Assembly: GCA_018304465.1 (NCBI GenBank)
Contig: JAGVWC010000008.1
Coordinates: 1-64,000 of the forward strand
Source: Candidatus Iainarchaeum sp.
GTDB taxonomy: Archaea; Iainarchaeota; Iainarchaeia; Iainarchaeales; JAGVWC01
Length of the DNA: 64,000 nucleotides
Direction: 5' to 3'
The notes beneath the pieces were generated by a model. The model saw only the letters and a list, made by a program, of their open reading frames with translations, had not been told where the DNA came from and made no database searches. The translations under genes and the position numbers were made by a program. Shown here piece by piece: positions 38,907 to 49,948 of this stretch (positions are counted from its first letter, which is position 1; each line of letters opens with the position of its first letter).

Positions 38907-39446
38907 TCACCCGAAACCCTGTTCTTTTAACACGAGCTCGATCACGGAGTTCGTCCGCGGAGACTCCTTGTAATGCGGCTCCGCCAAATAAAACACCTGG
39001 CGATCCTTGACGAGACGAAACAACCCCGGGATTTTCTTGGAAAAATTCTTTTCCCAGTCCGCGTGATACGATTCCACGTCACGATAATAATGCCGAAGCA
39101 TCATGTTCCAGTTCCCCGATCCGATAATCGAAGACACGCTGTATACGCTCGGATTGGACGTGCATTGCGTCAAAAATTCGGAAAACACTTTTTCTTCGGA
39201 CAGGTCCAACTGCAGAATCGTGATGACTTCGAGTTTGAAACCGAAATTCTTGAAATTCACTTTCGGGCCATACCCCACCAAGACGCCTTGCTTTTGCAGA
39301 AAATCCAACGACGCTTTGATGGTGGCTTTATGCAACCCGGTTTCTTTTTGCAGTTCCGAAAGATTCGGATGAACGCTACGCTTCTTCAAAAGCGCCCCCA
39401 GCAGACGAATACGCGCTTCATCCCTAATATTCATCTTTATTGACAT
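38907..39446 (-). CDS. winged-HTH transcriptional regulator (Lrp/AsnC-like N-terminus)
   Basis: ARIRLLGALLKKRSVHPNLSELQKETGLHKATIKASLDFLQKQGVL. Confidence 0.45.
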   Translation of the reverse strand: MSIKMNIRDEARIRLLGALLKKRSVHPNLSELQKETGLHKATIKASLDFLQKQGVLVGYGPKVNFKNFGFKLEVITILQLDLSEEKVFSEFLTQCTSNPSVYSVSSIIGSGNWNMMLRHYYRDVESYHADWEKNFSKKIPGLFRLVKDRQVFYLAEPHYKESPRTNSVIELVLKEQGFG

Positions 39447-39616
39447 TTAAAACCACAAAAGTGTAATAATAGTACATCAAAAATGTATATAATTGTATTT
39501 TTTAGGTTATTAAAACCCGCGAGTATTTTTATTGTGTAAAAGATATCATCTACTTGCGAAAGCAAATGGAGGGGTCAAGCAGAGTGGATATACAAAAGAA
39601 AACCACAGAGTAAGGC

Positions 39617-39659
39617 GGGAACTACGCTCCCCGGCGATACGGGTTCTCAATGAGTTCCC
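39617..39659 (-). terminator. nested stem-loop followed by a T-rich tract just downstream of the stop of 39680..40720
   Basis: gggaact...agttccc 7-bp stem enclosing a cccg-gcgata-cggg hairpin. T-rich sequence follows in the direction of transcription. Confidence 0.35.
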
Positions 39660-39679
39660 CCTACTCTATTATTTTTCAA

Positions 39680-40720
39680 CTACTTTTTCGAAGCCCACAA
39701 AAAACCCAATACCATCAAACCCACCAACACCCCGTAATACAACGGAAGTTCCGGCACCGACATGGTTTGAGGCTCGACAATCGTAATAAACATCCGGTTC
39801 GAAAACGCCGCCGACTGAAGAGACGCGGTTTGAGATGACGCAAAAAAAGCTCCATTGGATTCCTCGGAAACGTCTTCAAATCCCGCCGGACGCGGAACCG
39901 ACACTTCAATCACGTACACTCCGCCTCCCGTCGAACCCAAATTAAGCAACGTGGAACCGGAAGAAGACGAATACGGAAAGGCAGACACCACAACCGGCGC
40001 GTTTGAAATCAGAGTTAGATTTTCTTTCGTTTTAAGCGAAACTTCCACTGTGCTATCAAGCACCGTTGCCGACAAGTTCTGAATCGTGTACTCGACACGC
40101 ACCACAGACCCTTTTTCGAACGCACTTGATTCTTCCCCCGCTTGATTTTTAGTTTTGATCGAAATCAACACCAATGAAGAACCAGGCGCCGAATCCAGTT
40201 TGCAAATCACTTTCAAAGGATACGCCCCGGGATTCGAACACGCCGTTACATGCGCGTTTGTCGCCGAACTCAACGAAATGACACAATCGCCCTCGGCTCC
40301 CACCGCGGAACTACACGAAACTTTTCCGCCCCCCGCGATATTAAAACAAAGTTTGTGGGAATACGCCTGACGCGGAAATTCAGCATGCGCATTTTTCGTG
40401 TCGGACAAAGTCAAAAACAAACCGTCGTCCTGGCTATTACAACCCGAATTCGCCTGAATCATTCCCCCCGAAACCGAACAACACAAATGACTGGAAAAAT
40501 CATTTCCATTCCGGGTCTCGGCATGCGCGTTCGACGCGGCGGACAAGTGCATCATGTCGGTTTCTCCGACGCCGCAAGAGGCTTTTACCGAACACGAAAT
40601 CGCCGCAAACGAAGCTACGAAAAAAAACGAAAAACAAATCATCAATGCTAGGAAGCCTGGTCGCATGCAGAAAAAAACGCAAAACCAATTAATATTCCTT
40701 TGCAATAGGCCCCCTTTCAA
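39680..40720 (-). CDS. secreted surface protein with three SxxxNAHAE-containing repeats and a C-terminal TM anchor
   Basis: Signal peptide. Repeats LSAASNAHAET, LSDTKNAHAEF and LSSATNAHVTA, each followed by Cys pairs. C-terminal PELPLYYGVLVGLMVLGFLWASKK. Confidence 0.55.
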   Translation of the reverse strand: MKGGLLQRNINWFCVFFCMRPGFLALMICFSFFFVASFAAISCSVKASCGVGETDMMHLSAASNAHAETRNGNDFSSHLCCSVSGGMIQANSGCNSQDDGLFLTLSDTKNAHAEFPRQAYSHKLCFNIAGGGKVSCSSAVGAEGDCVISLSSATNAHVTACSNPGAYPLKVICKLDSAPGSSLVLISIKTKNQAGEESSAFEKGSVVRVEYTIQNLSATVLDSTVEVSLKTKENLTLISNAPVVVSAFPYSSSSGSTLLNLGSTGGGVYVIEVSVPRPAGFEDVSEESNGAFFASSQTASLQSAAFSNRMFITIVEPQTMSVPELPLYYGVLVGLMVLGFLWASKK

Positions 40721-40835
40721 AAGAAAAATAAATAAGAAAAAAAATACCGTAACAAGCTCAAAGCGGCACTTTTACAATCTGTTTAATCGGGATTTCGGGG
40801 GACTTGCCGCGAAACTGAACCAAAACCACGATCGA

Positions 40836-42992
40836 TTACAATGAACGAGGCGGCAATGCCCCGGTTTTTTTGGTGCGGGAAACCCGTTTCTTTGGTTCCG
40901 AAGAACCGGCCGTTTTTGGCGGGAAATCCGATCGAGTGATTTCTTTTTTTGCCGCGATATCCGCCGCTTTTTTCTTCCACTCGTCTTTTGAAGAACAATT
41001 CATGTTCACGCACATGTCAATGGGACGGCGACGAACAAACAACTTGATCATCGGCGCGTTACACAGTTTACAGGTTTCCCGGGTCAAGGACAGTTTTCCT
41101 TTTTGAGGCAACGGATACGTCTGCGTACACGCGGGATACGAACTGCAACCCAAAAACCGCTTTCCCGTTTTTCCGGACCGCACCAACAAATTTCCGTCGC
41201 ACCCTATCCGCGTACACTTGCCCGCGACAGAATCGCTTCGAAGCGCCTTTTTCAAATCCGAACCCACTTCAAACCGCTTTTCAAGCAAAACACTGAGCAC
41301 GCCCAGCAACATTTTCCGCGAATCATCCACCACTTGTTTTTTCGAAACCTTGGCCGCGACAATCGAATCCATTTCTTTTTCCAATTGCGCGGTCATATCG
41401 GGTTCCGTCACGGTTTTACAGTACTTTTCCAAAACGTCAATCACCCCAAACGCGATCTGCGTCGGCTCGATGGCTTTCAGACCCACAATGTACCGCCGCG
41501 AATACAACTTGTTGATGACTTCGTGCCTGGTTGATTTCGTTCCAAGCCCAAGATCATCCATCAACTTGATCAAAGCGGACTGGGAATAACGCACCGGCGG
41601 CTGGGTTTCTTTTTCCTCCATTTTCAAATCCACCAGATTCACCCAATCGCCTTTTGCAAGAGACGGAAGAACCACTTCCTTGAGCGTGGAATACGGATAA
41701 TATTCTTTCCAGCCTTTTTTGACAATCGTCTGACCCAACGCGACAAACGGTTCCCCGTTCAAATCGATTTCAACATGCACGTTCAACGTAATCGCTTCGT
41801 CCGCCAACGTCGCGAAAAAACGCCGGCAAATCAATTCGTACACAGCCCACTGTTTTTGGGAAAGTTTTTCCTTCGGAGCCGCCGACACCGGATGAATCGG
41901 CGGATGATCCTTGGTTTCTTTTCCCGCCGACGGATTCAAGGGCCCACGCGACAAAATCTTTTGAACCAGCGGCGAAAACACGGGCACCTGTTTTAATTCG
42001 GACAAAATCGCGTTCAAATCCAGGTTCTTCGGATACGCCTGGTTATCGGTTCTCGGATACGACGAAAACCCCATCTGGTACAGACTTTCCGCAATGTTCA
42101 TGGCTTCGCCCGCCGACAAACCCAGCACCGTTGCGGCGCGCAAAAAATTCGTGGTATTAAACGGCAACGGTTTTTCAAGCACCCGTTGTTTTTGCGAAAC
42201 ATCCGTTACTTGGCCTTTGTCGACTTTTTTCGAAAGCACGGCTTCGGCTTTTTCTTTTTCCCAAAATTTTCCGGTTTTGTGTTCGGCCAAAAACGGATGC
42301 TTGTCTTTTTCGAAAACCGCGTTTAGGACCCAGTATTTTTCCTGCTTGAACGCCAAGCGTTCTTTTTCCCGATCCACAATCAACGCGAGCACCGGCGTCT
42401 GCACGCGTCCCACGGACAAAAATTCTTTTCCCATTTTTCCCGAAGCGATCGACACATACCGCGTTAAAACCGCGCCCCAGATCAAATCGATTTCGCGACG
42501 GCAATTCGCGGAGTCCGCAAAATCAAAATCCACTTTTCCCGGTTTTTCAAACGCGGACTGAATATCCTTGGGGGTGATCGCCGAAAAATACGCGCGGGAA
42601 AAAATTATTTTCGGGTTTTTTTCCCGAATATAATCCAGCGCTTCCACTCCGATGGCTTCGCCTTCGCGGTCCGCATCGGTTGCAATAATCACCGAGGACG
42701 CTTCCGGCGCTTTTTGCTTGAGCAAATTCACGATCGCAAATTCGGTCGGCACGTAAAGCAAAGGCGCGTTCGTTAATTCGCGCAAATCCGTTCCAAGCCA
42801 GTACGAAAACTGCTTTGGAAAATCCACGTCCGCAATATGACCGCGCAGCGGAATCACCATGAATTCTTTTCCGCTTTTCTTGAAGCGAAACAAAGGCGCG
42901 TTTCCCTCGCGCACCTGCGCGACGTTTTGCCCCGCCAGAATATTCGCGATTCTCTGACCCGCAATGGCTTTTTCGGTGATAATGAGTTCCAA
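40836..42992 (-). CDS. topA: DNA topoisomerase I (type IA) with C-terminal zinc ribbons
   Basis: TOPRIM (IIATDADREGE), an active-site Tyr region (GFSSYPRTDNQ) and C-terminal CxxC clusters. Confidence 0.9.
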   Translation of the reverse strand: MELIITEKAIAGQRIANILAGQNVAQVREGNAPLFRFKKSGKEFMVIPLRGHIADVDFPKQFSYWLGTDLRELTNAPLLYVPTEFAIVNLLKQKAPEASSVIIATDADREGEAIGVEALDYIREKNPKIIFSRAYFSAITPKDIQSAFEKPGKVDFDFADSANCRREIDLIWGAVLTRYVSIASGKMGKEFLSVGRVQTPVLALIVDREKERLAFKQEKYWVLNAVFEKDKHPFLAEHKTGKFWEKEKAEAVLSKKVDKGQVTDVSQKQRVLEKPLPFNTTNFLRAATVLGLSAGEAMNIAESLYQMGFSSYPRTDNQAYPKNLDLNAILSELKQVPVFSPLVQKILSRGPLNPSAGKETKDHPPIHPVSAAPKEKLSQKQWAVYELICRRFFATLADEAITLNVHVEIDLNGEPFVALGQTIVKKGWKEYYPYSTLKEVVLPSLAKGDWVNLVDLKMEEKETQPPVRYSQSALIKLMDDLGLGTKSTRHEVINKLYSRRYIVGLKAIEPTQIAFGVIDVLEKYCKTVTEPDMTAQLEKEMDSIVAAKVSKKQVVDDSRKMLLGVLSVLLEKRFEVGSDLKKALRSDSVAGKCTRIGCDGNLLVRSGKTGKRFLGCSSYPACTQTYPLPQKGKLSLTRETCKLCNAPMIKLFVRRRPIDMCVNMNCSSKDEWKKKAADIAAKKEITRSDFPPKTAGSSEPKKRVSRTKKTGALPPRSL

Positions 42993-43066
42993 AAAAAAAC
43001 CTAAGTATACTTGGGCTTGAAAATAGTTTAAAAAACCACGGAGGCAAAAAGCCGGTTAAGCTGATT

Positions 43067-43726
43067 TCATTTTTGGGGTCTGGGTGGTTTGCGTCGGTTC
43101 GATTTTCGCCTCAATTTGGCTGCCTGCTGCCGGGGGTTTTGCGTATACTCCCCTAATGCAGTTCGAGACCTAGGACTCGAAAACAAGGCCTCGAACGCTC
43201 GATCTGCGTCTAACTGTTCAATCGCATGAGAATGTATGCCAAGACTCAACTCTGGGACCTCATAGATTTTCTTCCACGGAATCCCCAACACGTTGGCTAA
43301 TCTTCTTGATTGATTAAAGACACACATATTCCAGTACTCCCCAAAAGAACGGACCCCTATGCGCTCCAGATTAATTGAAAAACCACGACGGGCGAGTAGG
43401 CGCTTGAGCGAATCCCCAGAAATATTACCCGGTTGAACAACTACTCGTGTTCCAAGTGAACGATGGGCAAAAGAAACCAGTTTTCCCAGTTTCCGAAGAA
43501 ACCAGGCGGTGTTTGCATGCGGTCTTCGCTTGAGTAATTTGGAGCTTGGAGTCACGATCACCAAAACAGAATCGGGTTCTTGTGCAGTTCGCCGAATTTC
43601 GTTTCCCCACAAGCCCAAAACAAAACGAGCGTTTTTCTTAAGCCGTGCAGCAGGGTCATCAAGATAAGCAAACGTATACAGCGGATGTACCAAGAGACTA
43701 ATTTTTGAGATTGAATGCCCCGTCAC
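43067..43726 (-). CDS. hypothetical protein
   Basis: 219 aa, no motif recognised. Codon usage differs visibly from neighbouring genes. Confidence 0.35.
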   Translation of the reverse strand: MTGHSISKISLLVHPLYTFAYLDDPAARLKKNARFVLGLWGNEIRRTAQEPDSVLVIVTPSSKLLKRRPHANTAWFLRKLGKLVSFAHRSLGTRVVVQPGNISGDSLKRLLARRGFSINLERIGVRSFGEYWNMCVFNQSRRLANVLGIPWKKIYEVPELSLGIHSHAIEQLDADRAFEALFSSPRSRTALGEYTQNPRQQAAKLRRKSNRRKPPRPQK

Positions 43727-43780
43727 CCATTCACCAAACGTAAGAAAAAATAATGGGAGTGTTTATAAAGTATAACAAAC

Positions 43781-44263
43781 TCACAGGTGTTTCTGCAGTG
43801 TCGCGCTTGGAAGCGAACGGGATTTTTTCAATTCCAGCACGGAAACAAGGGTTTTGACGTCCACGACGCCGTCCACGGTTCCAAGCTGTCCGATGATTTG
43901 CTCGGCTTCCGCCAAATTCTTCACCAACACCCGCGCCAGCAAATTGTACTCTCCAAGCACCTGATACAATTCGACAACGGACTCCATTTCGGATATCCGC
44001 TTGATCACGTCTTTTTGCTTGGATAACTCGGACCGGATCTGAATAAACACCGGGTTCTCAAACCCCAGCACTTTGTAATCAAGATTCACGGAAATCGAAT
44101 CGATCACGCCTTTTCGCTTTAACGACTCCACGCGTTTCTTGATCGCGACATCCGTTAAATTCACTTCTTTGGCGATCTGCGAAAACGGCACCCGACCATC
44201 CTCAAGCAACGCCTGCAAAATCCGATTATCGATCTTGTCAATTGAAACCGATTGAATAACCAT
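43781..44263 (-). CDS. lrp: Lrp/AsnC-family transcriptional regulator
   Basis: NRILQALLEDGRVPFSQIAKEVNLTDVAIKKRVESLKRKGVI plus a C-terminal RAM-like domain. Confidence 0.85.
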   Translation of the reverse strand: MVIQSVSIDKIDNRILQALLEDGRVPFSQIAKEVNLTDVAIKKRVESLKRKGVIDSISVNLDYKVLGFENPVFIQIRSELSKQKDVIKRISEMESVVELYQVLGEYNLLARVLVKNLAEAEQIIGQLGTVDGVVDVKTLVSVLELKKSRSLPSATLQKHL

Positions 44264-44371
44264 CCCCCAAAACCCCCGATTGTTCGAAAAGCAAACTGCT
44301 AGACAAGTAAATCAAACAAAAGAGAATAAAAAGGTTTGTAAACCAAAGTCGGCGAAAAAACGGAAAAAAGT

Positions 44372-45115
44372 TCAGCGTGCATCTTTTCGCGCGTTCATGG
44401 ATTCTTTAACCAAACCAAACTTGGTCATAAACGCCACGGTCTTCATGGTTTCATACAACGGAACCACGATCAGCAAGGCCACGAACAACGAAACAAACCG
44501 ACCCGCAAAATCAAACCGATCAAAAAACAATTCAATGAACGGCAAGGCTCCAACCATGATGATCCCCGCAAGCCACACCCATAACGTGGTTCCCGGATTC
44601 GTCGCGACAAAATTCAAATTGAATCCGACCGCGTCAACCCACGACAATTCATCCACCACGATCGATTGAGGAACAAACACCAGCACCGCGTTTAAAACAA
44701 GCAAAACCAATGCCACGACCACGTTTGGAACACCCAGCGAAAGCAACACGCTTCCGATAACCAGTTCGGCCACAAACAGCAAAAAATAAAACTCGAATAA
44801 CTCCATGGAAAAACGCGGCAACTTCTCGGTCACATAATGCAAAAACTTGACCTTGGTCAAATCCGCGCGCACGGCAAAAATAACCGCCGCGCAAAACACA
44901 CAAAAAAAAGCCAAGGAAATGAAAATCAACGCGAGGCTCACCACAACGTCAAGCAAAGGCGAATTCCAAAACCCGTACTCCAAAAACACGTTTCCGGACG
45001 ACAAATAAAAATCCGACAACAAGATAAAGAAAAAACCAAAAACGCCCATCAGCACGAAAATAATCGAAGTGACAATATTTTCAAAATACGCCTGAATAGA
45101 GCGAACAAGAACCAT
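44372..45115 (-). CDS. hypothetical polytopic membrane protein
   Basis: 247 aa with about 7 TM helices. Confidence 0.45.
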   Translation of the reverse strand: MVLVRSIQAYFENIVTSIIFVLMGVFGFFFILLSDFYLSSGNVFLEYGFWNSPLLDVVVSLALIFISLAFFCVFCAAVIFAVRADLTKVKFLHYVTEKLPRFSMELFEFYFLLFVAELVIGSVLLSLGVPNVVVALVLLVLNAVLVFVPQSIVVDELSWVDAVGFNLNFVATNPGTTLWVWLAGIIMVGALPFIELFFDRFDFAGRFVSLFVALLIVVPLYETMKTVAFMTKFGLVKESMNARKDAR

Positions 45116-45175
45116 GTTTTCTCACTGTTAAACGTTCAACAAGATAAACGCGGCATTTCTTAAAAAACCTTGGCA

Positions 45176-45685
45176 TTAGGCCTTTTGGGTTTTCCGGGTC
45201 TTTCGAACCGATTTTGCGGAATCCGGAAAAAGCGCAGACAAAAAAACAAACCTTGACGCCCATGCCAACAACACCATGATCAGAAAATAAAAAAACGCGT
45301 CTCGCACCACCAATTCCGACCACTGGGTCGCAATCAAATTCATCGCCGCCGAAAAACCTTTTCCGCTACACGACGTATTTTCCGCACCGATATCCGTCAA
45401 ACCATTGCACCAGTACAACAAATGCGCCAGAAAAAAAGCAAGTCCGCCCAACACCACGATCAGCACAGGCCACAAAAAAGAACGCTCCGAAATCCCGAAT
45501 TCGCGTTCGATCCAGCCAAACAACCAGTACGCCAAAAAAAACGCGGGAATCGGAACCAGCCAATGCATCGGCGAATCCCACTTGTTAAAAACCGCCGAAC
45601 CCAAACCGAACACGAGCCCGTACGAAATCAAAAACAAAACAAGAACAAAAATCAACGGACGCCAATCAAAACCCGTATCCGACAT
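45176..45685 (-). CDS. hypothetical membrane protein
   Basis: From MSDTGFDWRPLIFVLVLFLISYGL, 5 TM helices. Confidence 0.45.
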   Translation of the reverse strand: MSDTGFDWRPLIFVLVLFLISYGLVFGLGSAVFNKWDSPMHWLVPIPAFFLAYWLFGWIEREFGISERSFLWPVLIVVLGGLAFFLAHLLYWCNGLTDIGAENTSCSGKGFSAAMNLIATQWSELVVRDAFFYFLIMVLLAWASRFVFLSALFPDSAKSVRKTRKTQKA

Positions 45686-45788
45686 GAAAACACCACAAAA
45701 CGAATACCAAACACACACAAGAAAAAAGTTATAAAGCCCGCCTTTTCAAAAAAAACCCAATAAAAAGAAATAAAAAGAAAAAAGACAT

Positions 45789-46922
45789 ATGTACAACATG
45801 CAACACAAAACAAAAATACTTTTGTTGTTGGCAACCCTGGTGTTTGCCAGCGTTTTTGCCGCGACTCCGAGCCCCGGCCACAACCTAAACGAACTATCCC
45901 CCACCAACTGTCCCGCCGGACAATTCCTCATCAACATCGGCGCCGGAATCGGCACCGCCGGATACGCCTGCCAAACCCCCGCCGCCAGCTACTGGCAAGC
46001 CAACGGACCCAGCATTTACTACAACACCGGATACATCGGCATCGGAATCAACGCGCCCCAATCCAAACTCGACATCCAAAACGGAGGAATACTCGTCCGA
46101 GGATACAACCTACCCGTTGGAGGAGTCCCGATGCTGGCCATGGGATACAATACCGCACTAGACCGCGCACAAATTATGTCCGTCAACTCAAACGTCATCG
46201 GAAAACAACTTGACATTTCCGGATACCCGCTTATTTTTCGATCCTCCCACACCGGCAACGAACAAGTCCGAATCAATACCGACGGAAAAGTCGGCATTGG
46301 CGTCGACGCACCCACCGAAAAACTGGATGTCGCCGGCAAAATCAAAGGAACCGAACTCTGCATCGGAAATGTCTGCAAAGACGCATGGCCGTCGGAAAGC
46401 AGCGGAACCATCACTCAAGTCACCGTCGGATCCGGAATGACCGGCGGCGGAAGCAGCGGAAGCGTTAGCGTTCGATTAAGCGACTGTCCCGCAGGACAAG
46501 TACTCAAAAGCTGCGGAAACAACTGCTGGCAATGCCAAGCGGACAACGTCGGCAACGTAACGATCGATTCTTCCTGGCTGGTCAACAATGCGCCGCAAGG
46601 AACCCTCTGCGGAAGCTACAAAATCCAGGCGTACTACTACTGGACCAATTTGCCCGAATGCGGATACAAATCATTCAACAGCGTTTTTGACCGCCAATTA
46701 TTGACTTCGTGCGCGGGACACAACATCGTTTCCGGAAACAGCGTGTGGTTTAGCGAGATACAACAATGCGGACTTTTCGGATGCACACCCTACTATTGCA
46801 CCATGAATTTTACCGCTGACTGTCCTGCCGGATATGCCCCCAAAATGATCGCGTACGAACACGTCGATCCGCCGTTTGTCGACCCTATTTTCAGCGCGTT
46901 CTATTCCTGCATCAAACAATAA
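45789..46922 (+). CDS. secreted Cys-rich protein with repeated CPAGQ motifs and VGIG...KLDV tail-fibre-like motifs
   Basis: Signal peptide. CPAGQFL, CPAGQVL and [23 protein letters not shown] and [20 protein letters not shown]. Confidence 0.5.
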   Translation: MYNMQHKTKILLLLATLVFASVFAATPSPGHNLNELSPTNCPAGQFLINIGAGIGTAGYACQTPAASYWQANGPSIYYNTGYIGIGINAPQSKLDIQNGGILVRGYNLPVGGVPMLAMGYNTALDRAQIMSVNSNVIGKQLDISGYPLIFRSSHTGNEQVRINTDGKVGIGVDAPTEKLDVAGKIKGTELCIGNVCKDAWPSESSGTITQVTVGSGMTGGGSSGSVSVRLSDCPAGQVLKSCGNNCWQCQADNVGNVTIDSSWLVNNAPQGTLCGSYKIQAYYYWTNLPECGYKSFNSVFDRQLLTSCAGHNIVSGNSVWFSEIQQCGLFGCTPYYCTMNFTADCPAGYAPKMIAYEHVDPPFVDPIFSAFYSCIKQ

Positions 46923-46986
46923 ATCCAAACCCACGTGCATACAAATAAAATGGGTTTCCTCAACCCTTAGATACCCGAGGAAAAAA

Positions 46987-49881
46987 ATGTCCGAAAAAGA
47001 AAACACGATCGGAGAACTGCCCTGGATCGAAAAATACCGACCCCACACCTTAACCGACGTGATCGGACAAGAAGAAATCACCAAACGACTCAGCGCCTAC
47101 GCCAAAGCCAAAAACATGCCCCACTTATTGTTTTCGGGACCCGCCGGCGTTGGAAAAACCAGTTCTTCTGTCGCGCTTGCCAAAGAACTATTCGGACCCA
47201 GCTACGAACGAAACTTTTTAGAATTAAACGCATCGGATTCAAGAGGAATCGACGTGGTTCGCGGAACCATCAAAGACTTCGCGCGAACCCTTGCCTTTGA
47301 CTCGAATTTCAAAATCATTTTCCTGGACGAAAGCGACGCGCTCACCGCGGACGCCCAACAAGCGCTTCGCCGAACCATGGAAAAATTCACCAAAACCTGC
47401 CGCTTCATTTTGAGCTGCGTCACGCCGGATACCAAAATTACGCTCCCAAACGAAACCGAAATCACCATTGGGGAATTCGTCGAAAAATTCGAACAGAAAA
47501 AACAATTTGAAATCTTGAATATTGACGAAGCCCAGAGAATCGAAAAAAACGATTCAGTCATTTGCACCATCGAACAAAATCCCCAAACAACAGGAAAACG
47601 AGTCTTTGAACTCGAAACCAACACTGGCCGGACACTCAAACTAACCGAGGATCACTTGCTTCTTACCGAATCGGGGTGGAAGCAAGCAGGACAAATCAGC
47701 ATGGGCGAAAAAATCGTGGTTTTTCCAAGCCTTGAAGGAACTGCCATTCCAGATGATTCTCGCCATTTAATCGATAAAACGGCGTTCGGAGAGTTCATCA
47801 AAAAAACGGAACTTGAAAACAACTACAAGCCACTGACTGAAGCAAAAACATTTAGAGAACTCTGTACTCAAGACAAGCACCGCATCATTGAATCCATAAA
47901 AAAACTAGCGTGCATAGTCCGCAATGGTGCCGGCCTAACCCCGACCGAAAATAGGCTCTTTCAGCATATTTTAAAATGCCCGAACAGTAGCCGCTTAGAA
48001 CTGCAAACCAGGATGCAATTGTCAAGAATCCGAACAGGCGAGCTTCTGCACGCCATTGAAAAGAAAGGATTTCTCGTGCGGAGCCGCAAAGGCAAAATGG
48101 CGCATTTCGCCGCTAACGGAATGCCCTTTGCGCTTCGGAATTACCGCGATATACAAAACCAAATCCAGCAAGAATTCAAAATAAGAATCTCCTATGCGGG
48201 AATAAAAAAAATAACCAAAAACAAAGAACATCACCCCCAAGGTCTGCATGAAAAAACAATCCGGGAATTAGAAAAAAAAGAAATGTTTTCAATTACGCGC
48301 GATTCCCCTAAAGCCGCAGCAATCATACGTCTGCTGGGGTTCATCTTCGGAGACGGCCACATTACAAAGTCGCGCCAGCGCATCATTTTCACCGGAAACA
48401 TCGAAACGTTGAAAGAAGTTAAAAAAGACCTCGAGTTACTTGGTTTTGATTCAAGCCAAATCCAACACAAACTCATCAACAATACGATCGGGAATAGAAA
48501 ATTCACTGGAACCACCACATGCTTTTATGTCGATTCACGTGCACTGGAAAAGACCCTAGAATTCTTGGGCGCCCCCAGGGGAGACAAAATAATAACCGCG
48601 TATGAATTGCCAAAAACCGTTCAAACAGGCAATAGACTCCAAAAACGCGAATTCCTGCGCGCATTGTTTGGGTGCGAAGGATACTCTCCGAAGATTGACC
48701 AAAAAAACTTCGAAGCAATTCCAATGCGAATGCACAAAGCAACCGAACTACACGACAACATGCTGCGATTCTTTACCGATTTGCAAAACTTGTTAAAAGA
48801 ATTCGATGTCGATTCAACAGTTTCCGTTGAACAACTGGATTATACGAGAAAAGACGGAAAAAAACCAGAGTGCTTCTGTCTCAGCCCGCTGCCAAACAAC
48901 CAAAATCTCTTTCGCTTCTTCTCCCGAATAGGGTATGCGTATGAAACCACAAAAATGAACAAAGCACGATTAGCCTCCGAATATCTTCGACATAAACAAC
49001 ATGTGCTCAACCAGCAAAAGCAAAAAGCACAACAAATCATTACAGCGCTTGGAAGCGGTAAGACCACCGGAGAATTGGCACGCGAATTTGGTTGCACCCC
49101 TGACTTTGTAGCCAGCCAAGCAAAAAAAAAGCCGGTTCATCTTCCCCGAAAAGGTTTCCCATCCTTCATAGACTGGAAAGAAAAAAACCAGTATGAAAAC
49201 GGGCTTGTATTCAACGAAGTGATACGACTGCAACAAGTGTGCGCACCAAAAGTAATCGATCTCACCTGTCTCTCAAACCACAATTTTATAGCTAATGGAA
49301 TCATATCCCATAATTGCAATTATTCTTCCCGCATTATCGAACCCATTCAAAGCAGATGCGTCGTGTTCAGGTTCAGACCCTTAACGCCAAAAGACATCGA
49401 CAACGCCCTTTACCCCATCGCCAAAAAAGAAGGCATCGAACTCAACGAAAAAACATTGAAAGCCATCAATTACGTTTCCCAAGGCGATTTACGCAAAGCC
49501 ATCAACGTTTTGCAAGCCGCCGGCGCCAGCGGAAAAAAACTCACAGAAGAAAACGTGTACGCCGTCAGTTCTCGTGCCAGACCCGAAGAACTCCAGCAAA
49601 TGATCCGGCTCGCACTAGACGCCAAATTCATGGACGCCCGCGAAAAACTCGACCAACTGCTCTTCGAACACGGTATGAGCGGAGAAGACGTGATCACGCA
49701 AATGTACCGCGAAATCATGGACATGGAAGAAAAAGAAATTCCGTCACACACCAAAATCGAATTAGTGGACATCATCGGCGAATACAACTTCCGGCTCGTT
49801 GAAGGCGCCAACGAACGATTACAATTAGAAGCATTGCTTGCGCAATTCGGAAAATTCAAACACGCGCACGAAAAAGATTAA
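46987..49881 (+). CDS. rfcS: replication factor C small subunit, interrupted by one intein (exteins 46987..47415 and 49315..49881)
   Basis: [30 protein letters not shown]...GPAGVGKTS...[11 protein letters not shown]...TCRFILS|C[intein]HN|[15 protein letters not shown]. Confidence 0.9.
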   Translation: MSEKENTIGELPWIEKYRPHTLTDVIGQEEITKRLSAYAKAKNMPHLLFSGPAGVGKTSSSVALAKELFGPSYERNFLELNASDSRGIDVVRGTIKDFARTLAFDSNFKIIFLDESDALTADAQQALRRTMEKFTKTCRFILSCVTPDTKITLPNETEITIGEFVEKFEQKKQFEILNIDEAQRIEKNDSVICTIEQNPQTTGKRVFELETNTGRTLKLTEDHLLLTESGWKQAGQISMGEKIVVFPSLEGTAIPDDSRHLIDKTAFGEFIKKTELENNYKPLTEAKTFRELCTQDKHRIIESIKKLACIVRNGAGLTPTENRLFQHILKCPNSSRLELQTRMQLSRIRTGELLHAIEKKGFLVRSRKGKMAHFAANGMPFALRNYRDIQNQIQQEFKIRISYAGIKKITKNKEHHPQGLHEKTIRELEKKEMFSITRDSPKAAAIIRLLGFIFGDGHITKSRQRIIFTGNIETLKEVKKDLELLGFDSSQIQHKLINNTIGNRKFTGTTTCFYVDSRALEKTLEFLGAPRGDKIITAYELPKTVQTGNRLQKREFLRALFGCEGYSPKIDQKNFEAIPMRMHKATELHDNMLRFFTDLQNLLKEFDVDSTVSVEQLDYTRKDGKKPECFCLSPLPNNQNLFRFFSRIGYAYETTKMNKARLASEYLRHKQHVLNQQKQKAQQIITALGSGKTTGELAREFGCTPDFVASQAKKKPVHLPRKGFPSFIDWKEKNQYENGLVFNEVIRLQQVCAPKVIDLTCLSNHNFIANGIISHNCNYSSRIIEPIQSRCVVFRFRPLTPKDIDNALYPIAKKEGIELNEKTLKAINYVSQGDLRKAINVLQAAGASGKKLTEENVYAVSSRARPEELQQMIRLALDAKFMDAREKLDQLLFEHGMSGEDVITQMYREIMDMEEKEIPSHTKIELVDIIGEYNFRLVEGANERLQLEALLAQFGKFKHAHEKD
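47416..49314 (+). mobile_element. intein (633 aa) with a LAGLIDADG homing-endonuclease domain inside rfcS
   Basis: Starts with Cys (CVTPDTKI...) and ends ...GIISHN followed by +1 Cys. Two LAGLIDADG-type motifs are present ([11 protein letters not shown] and [10 protein letters not shown]). In frame with both exteins. Confidence 0.8.
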
Positions 49882-49948
49882 CACGTTGGCCGATTTCAAA
49901 AAGCCGAAACACCCAAAAAAAGAACGAAACGAACCAGCAGGAATACGA

